Of a stretch of 64,000 bases of DNA, positions 11,501 to 24,505 are shown in pieces; position 1 is the stretch's first letter; each line of letters begins with the position of its first letter. Below the pieces are notes generated by a model that worked only from the letters and a program-made list of their open reading frames with translations, ran no database searches and had not been told where the DNA came from. Position numbers and translations under genes: made by a program. The stretch is from Bigelowiella natans CCMP2755 (Eukaryota; Protista; Cercozoa), in contig ADNK01001691.1 of the NCBI GenBank assembly GCA_000320545.1, positions 1-64,000 of the forward strand, given 5' to 3'.

Positions 11501-12420
11501 GATTTAGTACAAAGATGAAGACTGTTTCACAGTTTATACCACACCGCGAAGGTATCGGCTCCGGGAGATTCTTAATATTGTGATGTTAACAAGCGGAAAG
11601 TCATTTCGACTTCTTGTCCATGGACTCGGTACGTTATTGGGAATTTCTTGGAACACCAAATGCATTTGATATTTGATATGGATTGGTACATAATATAAGG
11701 GTGTGAATTACCGGAAAGCACAAAAAAACTCACAGACTCAACTGTAGGCAATTGGAATGATATTACGGTCTAAGATAGTTTACCATGATAGATGTGAAAT
11801 TTGGTACATTGAAGTAAACCTGCGCTAATACATTAAACAGAACCGAATGTTGAACACCCCCATGCTACTTACCCAAGAGCTAGGGGCTGTGTTTGGTAAT
11901 GATAAGACTGATGACAATAGGGTATTTACTTGTAACTGAGAAATGAAAACTATAATATGTTACCACTTAAGCTGGCTCCATTTTAGGTAGTCTTCTTCGT
12001 AAGAGACTATAATCCCACTGTAAAGGTGGCTTCCAAAGAAGGTAGGCTTCACGTGTGGTAATGAGAATGGGTAACTTCCTCAAGTAATTTATGTAAATTT
12101 ACAGGTGCATATGCAGTAGCAAAGGAGGGTCTTAAGCTTCTTACTAAGATTTTACGGTCATACCAAAGGAAAATTGTTGATCCTATACCGATCTGACGTA
12201 CTAAATTCCAGGGATGAGCTTCCGAAGAAAAAACCAGCAATACATGTCGGATGTATTTGCCCTGTCCGTCTAGCCTCGAAAACACAGGTTTGAACGTCTT
12301 GCGATTGAAATGTGAAATATATGCTATAAAAAGTAAACTTTCCATGTAGGTGGATACGAAGACTATGATGAAGAGGGGAGTGAAGAAGGTTCGCCGTTCT
12401 GTTCAGCCGATGCTTTTGGC
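8594..12420 (+). CDS. Orphan gene or pseudogene with many micro-exons and short introns, product unknown
   Basis: Repeated AG|short purine-rich segment|GT pattern; acidic exon MAELQENYDDDIEISSDSDDD; no recognisable domain; boundaries approximate. Confidence 0.4.
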
Positions 12421-14053
12421 AACCTTCGTTGCATGGGTTTGAATTGATACATTTCTATATTTTTGTAATCTTTCTCAAGAGCATTTTAACCCAGACTGAG
12501 CCTGTCAAAATCCATAGGTTTGTTTGGATACCGAAGCTTCTTATTTCTCAAAGAACGAGGCTTGGGACATTAGAGATCAGGATCATCGAAAGCATTGGGT
12601 TCCGAAAGTTCTCTCGAAAAATAATGCAGAAAAATAAAGGCATTAACAAGGCCTCTGTGTTTTTAAGTGCCGACCACTTGGAAGTAGAAAGTATTCAATT
12701 TATAATTTGGAGTTGAAATTGATAAAACAATATGATGCACATTTAGAAACCACGCTATGCTACACACGCAATGCGCTAGCTCTGAAAATTCGCGTTGTGT
12801 GTTAGGCGAACCGTTAGTTTGCGTTGTCTCTGAATGTGCTACCCGGCGCACGCACTACTTGCCCACATATGATAGACATGCAATGCACATTGCTGTGTCT
12901 ATTATACATTGTGACCGTGCACTTCCTTCCACATTTTCATACACATGCACATCTAGACATCTAGACATACATGCGCAAGCGATCTAGGTTAGCTAGGCCG
13001 CGCTGGACCCTCTAGCTAGCTAGCCCTGCTAGCCTGCCTCCACTCATTGGGTCTGTGTTGCCTCTACGCATGTTGCTGAGATTATAAGATCATCTAGATC
13101 ATGACCGAGCTCTAGAGCTAGCGAGGCGATGGCTTGCGCCAGACTGCCTATCTAGCTATCCGGATTCCGTGTGCGCGCTAACGGTGTGATTTGTTGCATT
13201 TTAACATTTCACTTGCACACGGTTCGTTCCTCGCGTGTTAGCGTGGCATAGTATTTCCTGCGCTGGTGCGATCGACTACAGTGTAGTGCGCTCTATCTTG
13301 TGCATGTGTGTGACCCACATATGTTCAATGGAAGCAACAATGCTAGAATGATGCAGAGTGCTGGAATGTCGCCATCTAGAGTGGGACTATGTAGCTACAG
13401 ACAACTAAGTAATGCAAAGAAAATTCCCAGGTTGCAAACCGATCATGCCTCTCTAGCTTTAGCTAGTTATAATGTCTAAAACTACATCCCATAGGACCCG
13501 TCAAATAAGTGACGGGGTCGACCATTTCTAGCGCCTTTCATGCAGTGACTTTTTACTGTGTCTATAGTACCGGTGCCCACCGCACCTCATTAGCAGAACC
13601 AATAATGTTGTCACCACGCATCCACACACAAACGACATGTTCGCGCACACATTATGCTTGCAAGCATGTGTACATTATAAACATTGCATAGCTTACATTA
13701 AGATGGCCATTGAACGAATTTAATTTATTCATTATACCCGTCTCATACATTATAGAGGTATGTATAGAAAGAGAGCAAACCTACACGACCGTGTTAAAGT
13801 ATCCCCAACATGATAACACCGAAACCACCATCCATGCCCTCTTGGCTCCTCTACTTCTCTCGTAGTAGTAGCAGCAGTAGTAGTAGTAGTAGTAGTAGTA
13901 GTAGAAGTAGCAGTAGTAGCAGCAGAAGTACCACTCTTGCTACAATAAGGAAGACGTTGCTCATCTCCTTCTTCATCGCTGCAAATGCCGGTGCAGCACA
14001 CAGCCGCATCGTCAGAAAACAGCCATGCGCTCACTAACGCACCCCAAGGAACA

Positions 14054-14222
14054 CTATTTCTCGAGGAAGTCATCAACTTGCTTCACAAGGCTGTGGAGTT
14101 CCATCCCATGAATAGTCTCCGCGCTGTCGGCCAGGAAGCAGGCAAGGTCGTTCGTAACCCCCCGCTCCTCAAGATACACGTACAGGTCCTCAACGAGCTC
14201 CTGGGGGGGGGGGTTGGTTGTC

Positions 14223-14261
<39 letters not shown>

Positions 14262-14441
14262 GATGAGGATGATGCGTTAAGATTGGACATTATTCCGCCA
14301 TGCGTAGATGACGATTTAATAGATATGAATATCTCCATGCTTTAATAAACATGTTTTTTAAAACGGATTTTTTTTCTATCTGCAGTGCTGCTCTGCGGAG
14401 GACGAATAAGGATCAAGATGAATTGTGGTGCCATCATAAAG

Positions 14442-14517
<76 letters not shown>

Positions 14518-14647
14518 GTAATACTTACATCTGGAAAGCGATAGGTTGGAACAGAAACATAATCGTCCTCCCCAACGTCTTCAGGACCCACCGCAAGATC
14601 CACGATCTCGAACTCATCGTGCTGAAACGTAGTTACGGAAGCGAAGA

Positions 14648-14720
<73 letters not shown>

Positions 14721-15562
14721 CAATCGTAAAGCTAACCCTGAAAACGCACTCAAACGTCATCTCGTTCTCACAATGCTCCTTGCTGACATGTACGTCGAAC
14801 CGAAGCTCCTGCAACACAGAGACACGGACGGAGCAATGCACGATCAGTCTACATATATATCGGTGAACATGCACGTCAGATTGTTCTTTTGATGCCGCAC
14901 CAGGGGGTTTCCGAGATCGACATCTCCACCGTCTTCCCCATTTGCATCCCCCTCCTCCAGCTGCTCAAAGCCATCCATATCCAGTGCCTCAGCCGCCCCG
15001 GCTCGTACGTCGCTCCGAACGGTAATCCTGAATGATACCAAGGGGTGGGCATCTCCCTCCGCTTCTCTCTTTTTCTTTCTCTTCACGCGTGTATGTTTCT
15101 GAGGGTGAGTGCTTCGGTGTGGCGCGTGCGTGCGTGCGTGCGAGTCCATGCGAAATGCAACGATAGGCGCCACGCATGTGCTATCAGGTCATCAGGATTT
15201 GGAAAGAGGAATTGGAGGACATCCTCGATACTTGGCCTTACGTTTCACTGCCAGACGCTTTGACCATCTCGATGATTGCGGAGCCTGGCGTATGCGCGAC
15301 GTCAAATCCTTCAAACGTCTTCTCGAGCTCCTGGGGGGTGGTTGCGGCACAGCAGCAAGCAAACGGTGAGCTTTCCCCCTACCTAAGATTCGAATGCGTA
15401 GGGCACCTGTTTGCTCTCTTCCTCGGTTTCCGCCAGCATCTCCTTGATTGACTTCTTCAGGGCACAGAAAGATCGAACCGAGGCCGCAAATCCCTGCGTT
15501 TTTCTCTCACCCAGAAGCAGAAGGCGGCGCGAGCTGCTCTGGATCTTCTTCACCGCCAGCAT
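14054..15562 (-). CDS. MAM33/C1QBP mitochondrial acidic matrix glycoprotein
   Basis: Presequence-like [16 protein letters not shown]; exons [23 protein letters not shown] and C-terminal [23 protein letters not shown]...VDDFLEK*. Confidence 0.8.
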
Positions 15563-16653
15563 TGGTCAAGTCTATGAAATAATGATTACCAGTCAGCAAG
15601 CAGGGCGGGGGAGGGGAGGGGGGGGATGCAGTAGGCATTGCACCCACCAGCAGAGGTGATCAATTGCTCAATTTAGACACAAATATTTAGATGTTTTATC
15701 ATCAATAATTTTCTCATCTCGTTTCGATCAACTGGCCATCAAACAGTTTGCGTGTAAACAAGTAATACTTCCTTTTTAGGTTGTCGCCCGGAGTAACTAT
15801 CGACTTTCCGAAGTTGCGCAGACTTCGGTAGGTTGTCGGAGTGCGACAACAGTAATAATTATGTCGCTATGTTGCGATTGGCTCCCTTTTAATCACAATG
15901 TTAAAGCTCTACGTCTTACTGCGCATGTGGGCATGATCGAAATAAACAGAGGCCGTTTTCCGCGAAATCGCCGCAATAATTTTTGCTGGGGGACAATGAA
16001 CAATGAACAAACGAGTGAACACATTTCCACAGAGCGCATGGAGATTGGTTGTTGCTCATTGTTCATTGTTCATTGTTCATTGCTCGAGTTGCTTCCCGCA
16101 GATTTCCTTTTCTCCTTTTGTGCAATGTTCAAAAAGCACAAAAGGTTTCACATAAAGTTAGTTCGAGGCATTGTTTCGCGCGCTGCAAATGTCTTGCAAC
16201 ATTTCTGAAATGTGGTTTCTCATTTGACACGGTTTGCAATTCCTAGCCGCACCCCATGAATGGTTTTTAGTCTACCTGTCAGTCCAATCAGGCTCGTCGT
16301 TGGAAAGGTCAGAGCCAATGCACAAAAGCAACTGAACTCAAATTCAATTTAAATGCAAAATCCTGACCCCGTGGACGAGTAGCAGCACAAAACTCTGCTT
16401 CCAATTTTTTTGTAATTTGGGAAATTTCAGGTGAAATTACCTTTAAATCTTTTAGGCTTTAAAAATCGGGTTCCTCTCCTCACTTGTTGACAAGAATGGA
16501 GGGGGTATGAGATCACAGGAGGACGAGGGAACCCCAGGGTCCGAAGTGTCGTCCCAACTCCCATCCCGCTTCCTCAAGTGGCAGCTTTAGGCAAAATCGC
16601 GCCAAACAGGCCACCGGCTGACAGCTAACTCCAGTGTACCCAGTATGTCATTG

Positions 16654-16686
16654 TGCTTTTCTAGCGCTTTTCTAGCGCTTTTCTAG
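16654..16686. repeat. Tandem 11-bp repeat (GCTTTTCTAGC) x3
   Basis: Seen directly. Confidence 0.8.
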
Positions 16687-17189
16687 CACAGAGGGTCTTT
16701 GCTGAGTACAAATGAGCACAAATCCATTCTCCGACAACCATCTTGCCGCCTTCATGCGGCTGAAATCGCCTGCTGATTTCCGGCGCCATGCGGATCGGGC
16801 TTTGCACAAAGCTGAACGCGAAGACGTAGTCGGGAAGAGACGGTATTTGGCCATGCGCCAAGGCGAAAACCATGTCGCAGATTGAAAGATGCTCGGGTGC
16901 CTCTCGGGGTCGCAGATTCAAGGCGTCACTCACATTATTGAGCCTGCATCATGAAAGTACCAGTCATGAAGCGAACGCCTGCGGACAAGCTGCCCGACAG
17001 CCAGTGCTTCATCTGCGTCTGTGCGAAGGCAATGCATCGTGTTTGCATGCAATCAGCAATCAGGCTATCCAAATGGACCGTGCGTTTGATTTGAAATTCA
17101 GTCCGGAGTAACTCTGATGACTAAAATAGCAATGATAAGAATGCGGTGTCACGGTGCTCTAATTTTTCTTTCCCTCTCCCACATTTTAA

Positions 17190-18713
17190 AATATGTGCGC
17201 AGCGGTACAAGAAGACCTCTATACACTCTATCACCCGCCACAAAGAGGAATGCATAAAATGGCTTCAAGAAAACCCTATTCCACATGTCCATGTGAGTAG
17301 GGAGATTGAAAATTGGGTGAAAATCGCGAAAGGTGCCAAAATTCATCAATCTTGTCTCAGATTGAGTGTTCATTTAATGATGGTTAATTCTCAGAAGGAG
17401 GGACTCAAAATCTCAACTTCAGCAACATTTTCTCTAAAATAACTACATGGGGAGAGTTTTACATTGGTAGATTTGTCGCAGATCCAAGTACAAACCTCCT
17501 GTGGGCAGATCCGGTTGCTTGCAAAATCTTAGGCCTGGACGAGTCGACGATAGAACATGAGTATCTTAAGGTTGAAATGTGTGACATGATCCTAGTTAGA
17601 ATAAAAGAAAGCCTTCCAAATAAAATATCCCCAAATATTACATCCATGAAGGCCTTTGAAAACACAGCGCAGCCAAAGGTGCTCTTAGCTGACGTCGTGG
17701 TAAGGAGCGGAGCATGATAGTATATGTACCTTCGAATGCCAAGGCAAAATGAGATTCAATGTTCCAATGCATTCAGGAAGTATACACGAGAAAAGAAAGT
17801 CGTCGGATGTTATTTGAAGCAAAAAGAAGAAACGGTAAATGTTGGAACCAGTTGTGTCTGAAGGTTGTGATAGGAAAGTCTCAGAAACCCTACCTTCTGG
17901 GTTGGATGCAGGATATCACACATTTCATCGAAGCGGTGCATCAAAAACAGGAATCAACTTATCGTCCTGAAGTTAGAAACCGTCAGCAATATCATGACGA
18001 GAGCGAATACCCCGAGCGTCAAAGATTCATAAAGTCGGTTATGAAATGATGTTATAAATTACCCAAACAGAACTTTTTTTATGTTATTTCCTTTGTATTC
18101 TTAGACGTGTACGGAAAAGAGCGGATCCTAGGAGTGATGGCGATCTTCGAGAAAAGGAGGCGATACGGAATATTACACATCCACTTCCAAGATATGGCAT
18201 TCAAACTCAAAACAGAAATTTTGCTCGAACAATGCTAGAAACGACTCCATGAATACATTACATAGTATTCCGTTACGATTGGACGATAAATTATATTTGG
18301 AGAGGACGGTTCCTGCCTCTCTGTATCAGTTGTATGAGGACAGTAGTTCTAGGAGTAACAGTCATTCTTCCTCTTCTAATAGAGAAGTGTGGAATACTGT
18401 GGCGAAGGGGGAAAGCACATTGCTCCGTCAAAGGGAGCCATCGCGTACGTCACATTCTGATTCTTACGTTTATTCACGACAATTACCTAACTGTGGAAAA
18501 AGTAGACACAGTCCTGTATTGCCAGGTCGTAAACGCAGTCGTAGCCATGACTTCTTTCCTAAAAAGGAAGTTGAATACCCTGATGCTACCTCTTCTAGCA
18601 CCATGATGCCTCGAGAAAGACCTCGAGGAAGACAGCGAAAGCATCGTGAAAGCCAACCAAAATATATGTACAAACCCATGAATCCCTATCATCACGACAG
18701 AGACAAAACGTAA
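17190..18713 (+). CDS. Orphan multi-exon gene or pseudogene, product unknown
   Basis: Open segments with splice-like borders (e.g. FYIGRFVADPSTNLLWADPVACKILGLD; S/R-rich terminal ORF 18249-18713). Confidence 0.35.
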
Positions 18714-18849
18714 TGAAGGGGTTCCTAAGTGATTCTTGAATGTGATTATTCTATTTCATTAGTTCCCATGTTAGTCAATACAGGATATAATTTGATTGTG
18801 AACGGAGTTGAAACATAGAGAGACCGTGATCGTTAGCACATGATATAGT

Positions 18850-20460
18850 TAGATTGTGCGTGTGAACGCAAGGAGCACCTAAACTTGCATGTTCATCTGT
18901 GCCTTTTGAACTTTCACACAAGTGTCATTTCCATTCAAGTGCATGTATTGCACATGATCTCATGAGTGCCACGCACAACTGCCATTGTGGCCATCACCTT
19001 GTTGCTGTGCAAGGCAACTAGTCAAGCAACACAGTGCAACAATGTGCAGTGAGAGCTGTGCGCGCTGTGCAGCAATGCTACCAACAAGCAATGATGAACA
19101 ACGCAATGTGCGATGAGCACACGACACCAGCTGTGCTAGCATGTTGGTGATGCTGAACACCGACACAACCAACATGGGCGGCAATCACCACGATGGACCA
19201 GCAGCCGCAACTGACAGCGGTCCACTCTTCTAGTCTTGTGGTGACGGCAGCTGTGGTCGATGCAGCAGAAGCACTGAAAGCTTGTGTGTTGTGTGCAGTT
19301 GCACAAACCATGACGGCCATGCTGGCATGGCCAGACAGGCTGACTGTGACTGCTAGACTGTGACTGCGCGTGCGGCAGCAACAGCGGAAGCGTTTGTTGG
19401 CATGTTTAGCTGTTCGCCTAGCACCACATGCCAGCATGTGTGGCAGGCCAAAGGCACATCTGCAATTCAACGACGTCAAATGACAGAATAAGAACGGCAA
19501 GCGTGTCATTGTTGCTCGCCCACTTGTGACCTCATCAATTTGGCGCTACTCGCATGCAAGGCACCTCTAGTGGTGCAGCTCTTAGCTGTCTAGCTGTTCC
19601 CTCGGTGACCACCGCTCAATTTGAATTGATTCCTGCTGTGCATTGTGCGCACAATCACAACATTCAATGTGTCTGGGATTTGACCATCATTGTCCGGCGA
19701 TTGGGTTCAAAATCCATCTGTCTCATGCAAAAGTGTTTCTCCGCTCGTCCGCTCATGATGCCTCGCAGACGAGGACAGAAAACTGTGTTCATCCGCACGC
19801 CACCAAACACGTCACAAGTGATCCATTTGGTCCAGTGGTGGAATGCACAGCACTAGAGCATGTTGTTCACTGTGTGCGTCGTCACTCATTTCTCGAAAAC
19901 CATTTGAGAATGCGTCATGTCGCATGCAGTGGGGCTGCACATGCTAGCATGCGATGCGTGATCGACATCCCACACAACCTTCAATGGTCACAATTGCATG
20001 ATACAAAACAGTTACTTAGTGGGTGTGTGGAAATGGCATCTCACTGTTTTGCTGCAGTCATCACACTGCTAGACTGCCACACTAGTACACCACGAATCAT
20101 CACCACACTGGACCAACACGTGTGCTATGTGATCACGAGGTTTTTGGGATGTGCCCTGAGCTCCTCATATGATGGATGAATTCAGACTCTGAATTCAACG
20201 TAAGTGCACACAACCCGCACTTCCAGATCACCTGTCAAAACCACTATACTCAAAATTTTCTTTTACGATTTTTGCAGTAGCGTGCGCATTGTGTGCGTGC
20301 GTGGTGTCACACCGACACGTGTACTGGTACAATGTTGCCAAGTACTTTGCGATCCATTTCGCATGCCGTGATGGTAAGTTGTATTGTCGAGGTTCATTTC
20401 TAGCACCAAATGTCGCATTCTAACAAGGTGTTACAAATGTCATGCTAGCAGAACATAAAA
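18850..20460. other. TpA-depleted degenerate tract, probably a hypermutated repeat
   Basis: Rich in TG/CA/CG; remaining TA mostly in CTAG. Confidence 0.7.
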
Positions 20461-20462
20461 AC

Positions 20463-22316
20463 TCAAATTGCTGTGAAATGAAAGTCAAAATTAATCACCA
20501 AGCTTTCTGCAACAGATCTTTTCTTCTTCTGATGATTTTTCCCGTTGAAATGCCCTAAGAAACTCTCCACGGTACTCAATTGGGCAGTCTTACAGATTGG
20601 ACAATGATATGCTTCAGAGCCAGCAACTAATTTCGTTTCAAGGCATTTCTGATGAGATCTCCCGCGAAAGTGGTTTTTGAAAATGTCCTCTCCAAGCAGA
20701 TTTTGTTTCCCACAAATACCGCAAGACCATGAAGCCTGCACCATTATTGCAAAGATTACGATGTATCAAACTGAGAATCACGTATCATGTCGCTTCATAT
20801 ATGGCTTCGAAATAATGAGACAGAAAAAAAAGGCGAACCTGCGATTCCCCTTTCACTTTCATATTTTTCTGGTGTCTTTTTCCAGCGAAATGAGAAATAA
20901 ATATATTCAGATTTTCGAACTTGCAGTCGCACGCTGGGCATAAGTAAGGAAATGGCTGATTCTTATTATCACCATTAAACGTGTTGATTTGTATTTTCGT
21001 AGGATTTTGAATATCAATTGTGCTGAAATTAGTCGATGTAGTATCTTCTTTCTCCTGAGTCTCCTGAGATCCTAAAACATCCAAGTATTCATTATTTCAT
21101 TATAAGACATCCGCTTTCAATTTGTATTTGTTTTATAGAACTACTATACCTTGCTTCTGACGAGACGCAAAAAGCATTTCTCTTCTCATCGACAGACAGT
21201 GATGCATTTCAGAGGACACGACGGGTTTACTATTCTGATCAATCCTTGAAGGATGGTCGTGTTTCTCGTCATCTCTCAATTCCAAGCTTTGCACCCTTTG
21301 CTGGAGTTCCGTGATTTTCTCCTCATGGTTATCAAGTCGTGATTCGATAATATCATTACCAGAATTTTGTTGCTCAATGCTGTCTGGTCGTTCATTGGTA
21401 TTGTCTCTCCTTCGCCGTTTATTTTGAGTATTCTGAGTTTTGTACTTGAAAATGGTACTATACACAATTTTCCCTTCAAAATTGATGTAAAATTCCCAAC
21501 CCTAAAGAATAAATGCATTGGATTAAGATGCTCGCCAAGACAAAGAGGCTTTGGAGATTGTTGAGAAAAATAAACCTTTACGTTTACAAAATTGAAGTCC
21601 TTGAACTTGAAGAACAAAAAACTTTTGCTCTCATCAGTAACGAAATCGAAATCGGAATCGGGAATAGGCCTAGTGCCTTGTTTCTCGTCATCCCTTTTTG
21701 ATTCCTTTTCCCGGAATCCAGCTTCAAATTTTCGTTTTGATAATGGCCCCATTACCCATTCTGTGCGAGTCACCTCAAATCCATAGACGACCACGTTGAA
21801 TCTCCCGATGAGCTCTTCATTGATTAATTTATCAGGTATCTTTTTCTTGCCTCTGGTCAACTCTTTCGTGAAATGAATCCTCTTCTCATCCGTTAAATGA
21901 CACGGGATGACCGATGGTTTGAAAAATCTTTCAATGTCTAATTCCATCATCTTTGGAACGATCGGTCTTCGAGGGAAATGTGATGAGAGTGCTCTAAGGA
22001 GAGGGAGCGCCCGAATTATAGAAAAGCAATATTTATCCTGCGACAATCACTAAAATTCTGACGCACCTTCCAAACACAGCCCATTCCCATATATTTCGAA
22101 CAATTTTTGACGCTCCATCTTGTTCTTCTGGAAATATTTTCCCATGGTAACACGTAGATCTGTCTGTGGATCTACGACAGGTTTGACCGCCCAACAGCTG
22201 TTTCATCTACTTTTCCCTCTACGACATGAAGTTAAAGCTGGCGCAATCATTAGATGCACGGAATTAAACCAACTATGAAATGCTTTTTTCAGAGGTAATG
22301 TTTCGCAGTTGTCCAT
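20463..22316 (-). CDS. Protein with a coiled coil and three matrin/U1-type C2H2 zinc fingers
   Basis: CPACDCKF...SHFAGKRHQK, CGICGK...NHFRGRSHQK, CPICKT...GHFNGKNHQK; spread over several frames (introns or frameshifts); start approximate. Confidence 0.65.
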
Positions 22317-22503
22317 GCGGCAGTAAAGAAATGCACCGGATTTTCGCTTTGTTTATCGCTAAAATGCTTCAGAAAATGATTTTTCCCCAGTACGCAAGGT
22401 AGATCGGGAGCCAACCCTTCCCACTTGCGACGCTCCCCCTCCCCGGAAGATACGCTGAGCCACGCTTCCTCCCCGATTTCTGAAAAGACCTCACTCCCCG
22501 TCC

Positions 22504-22967
22504 ATGTCGGACTTCAATCTCCGGGAATTTCGTCGTAGTCAAAGCCTGAACGGCAGGAGGCAAGCCAGGGGACGAGGGAGGAATAGCTCAACCACCTCCT
22601 CCTCCTCCTCCTCCTCCCCCTCCTCAAGGCGGGCGGCAACGACAGCGACAGTCATCAGTGATGAGGAGATTGCTCGTAGCATACAACTGGAGGAACAAGA
22701 ACGCCTCGATCGAGCACTAGCTCTTAGTTTGCAAGGGGAGGGGATAGGCAGCTCCCAAGGGCGTGAAAGGAAAAATCATCCAGACTCAGGAAGTAGCCGT
22801 TCCCCTGCTTCGGCAATACGAAGGCAGAACGCATCCCAGTCGCATCAGGAGGATCGAAAGGAAGAGGAAGAGGAGAAGAAAAGGAGGCGGCAAGCGGACC
22901 TGGACTTTGCAATGGCGCTGAGAATGCAAGAGGTGTGTTGCATGTCCACAGGACGAGTGTACACGTT

Positions 22968-22999
<32 letters not shown>

Positions 23000-23885
23000 T
23001 CCTCTTAAATACCAATAGCGTTGGTATGGATTTCCTTATTTGCTACATTTTCGAACTCTTCTGCTTTCATGCTCTAATGCCATGGTCACAGCGCACTTTA
23101 GCTCACCCCTCCCCCACCCCCCACTCCCACTGTTCCATCACGTGGAATATCTAGGAGGAATCGGCCAGTAGTAGGAACCATAATCCATTACGAGGGCGGG
23201 CCGAATCACTCCGGCAACAGATCATCCGGCAAGGTTGGCTTTAACCCCCGTTTTCTTGCAGTACTTGAGGCTTCATTATTTTGATAATCAAACCTCTTTT
23301 CGACTATGATGTGGATATGTATGTGTGCGTATGTGTGTGCGTATGTGTGTGCGTGTGTGTGTGTGTGTGCGTCTGTGTGTGTGCGTATGTGTGTGTGTGT
23401 GTGTGTGTGTGTGTTCTCGACCATTTCGAGGGTGATTTCCGTCATGGAGGTTCCTCTCATCCCTTCTCTCTCCCCCTTTCCCTTCCCCCCCTCTTCCAGT
23501 ACGCCGTCTCCCAGTAGGGGGGCGCTATGGGGGGCAAGCGGAACTCGACGGGCTGATGCGTACGGTAATGCAAAGTCACACATAAACTTGCAAATGATGA
23601 AGCGAATGAAGCGGAGAAAGTCACGGCGGAATCTCGACGCGATCGTTCTTTATGTGGAGCAAATGAGCGCGGCCCTGTATCATCCCATTGCGCCGTTCGT
23701 ACCTCTATGCGTGTACTTGATCTTAGCTCTGTCTGTGTATGTACTTTTTTGCTCAACGTGTAGCTCGAAAATATGGCACCTGGAAGAGGGGGGGGGTCCC
23801 TGATTAGGTCTCCGACGGTAGATCTCGATAACATGTCCTACGAGCAAATCCTTGCGCTGCAAGAGCGACTTGGCCAGGTGATATA

Positions 23886-23920
<35 letters not shown>

Positions 23921-24473
23921 TGTACAATTGTGCGTGGATTATATGGATTGAGTGCACGGATTGAGTGCACGCACGACCCGAGCGAACAGAGTAGCACAAA
24001 AGTAACTCCGCCCACGATTCGACGTCCTGCTTATCAACAACACCTCTCCGAAAACGCTCATATTTGTGAATGATAATTCATAATTCATGAACGATGCAGG
24101 TGAAGAGCAGGGGTGCGACAGAAACCGAGCTTTCCACGCTTCCTTCCTGCAAATTCATCGCGAAGGTGAAGAAGGGAAAAGGTGAGCGAGAGAGGGAGAG
24201 ACGATGGAAACGAGGGAAGAGGGGGAGGGGGGGGGGGGGGGGGGGGATCTAGAAATCTGAACAACGGTTTTCGAGCACCAAGTAGCATATTCGATGTCTT
24301 CTTCCGTCCGCTTTCGGATCGGATCTCACGTTCCGCATGGTGTTGCGCCTCTCTTCAAGGGGGTGATGACGCAAAGGGCAAGGGCCACAAGGACAAGGTG
24401 GAGAAGGAGGAATGCTGTTTCTGCCTGGAAGAATTCAAGGAGGGGGAGAATATCAAACGGTTGCACCAGTTGC

Positions 24474-24505
<32 letters not shown>

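Noticed and set aside
12745-13270. Degenerate inverted repeat (MITE-like) and weak similarity to 20265-20305
   Set aside because: Matches are short and lie in YR-alternating low-complexity DNA; cannot be supported by eye
14385-14874. ORFs with YIYI/CVCV/HTHT/RERE runs here and throughout the window
   Set aside because: Translations of intronic microsatellites
16423-16437. 15-bp near-palindrome AATTTCAGGTGAAAT, also at 41864-41878
   Set aside because: A few 15-mer matches are expected by chance in 64 kb, and there is no flanking similarity
18850-20460. Ordinary CpG-methylation decay or RIP as the cause of the TG/CA richness
   Set aside because: CG is abundant and TA is the missing dinucleotide, the opposite of what C->T processes produce
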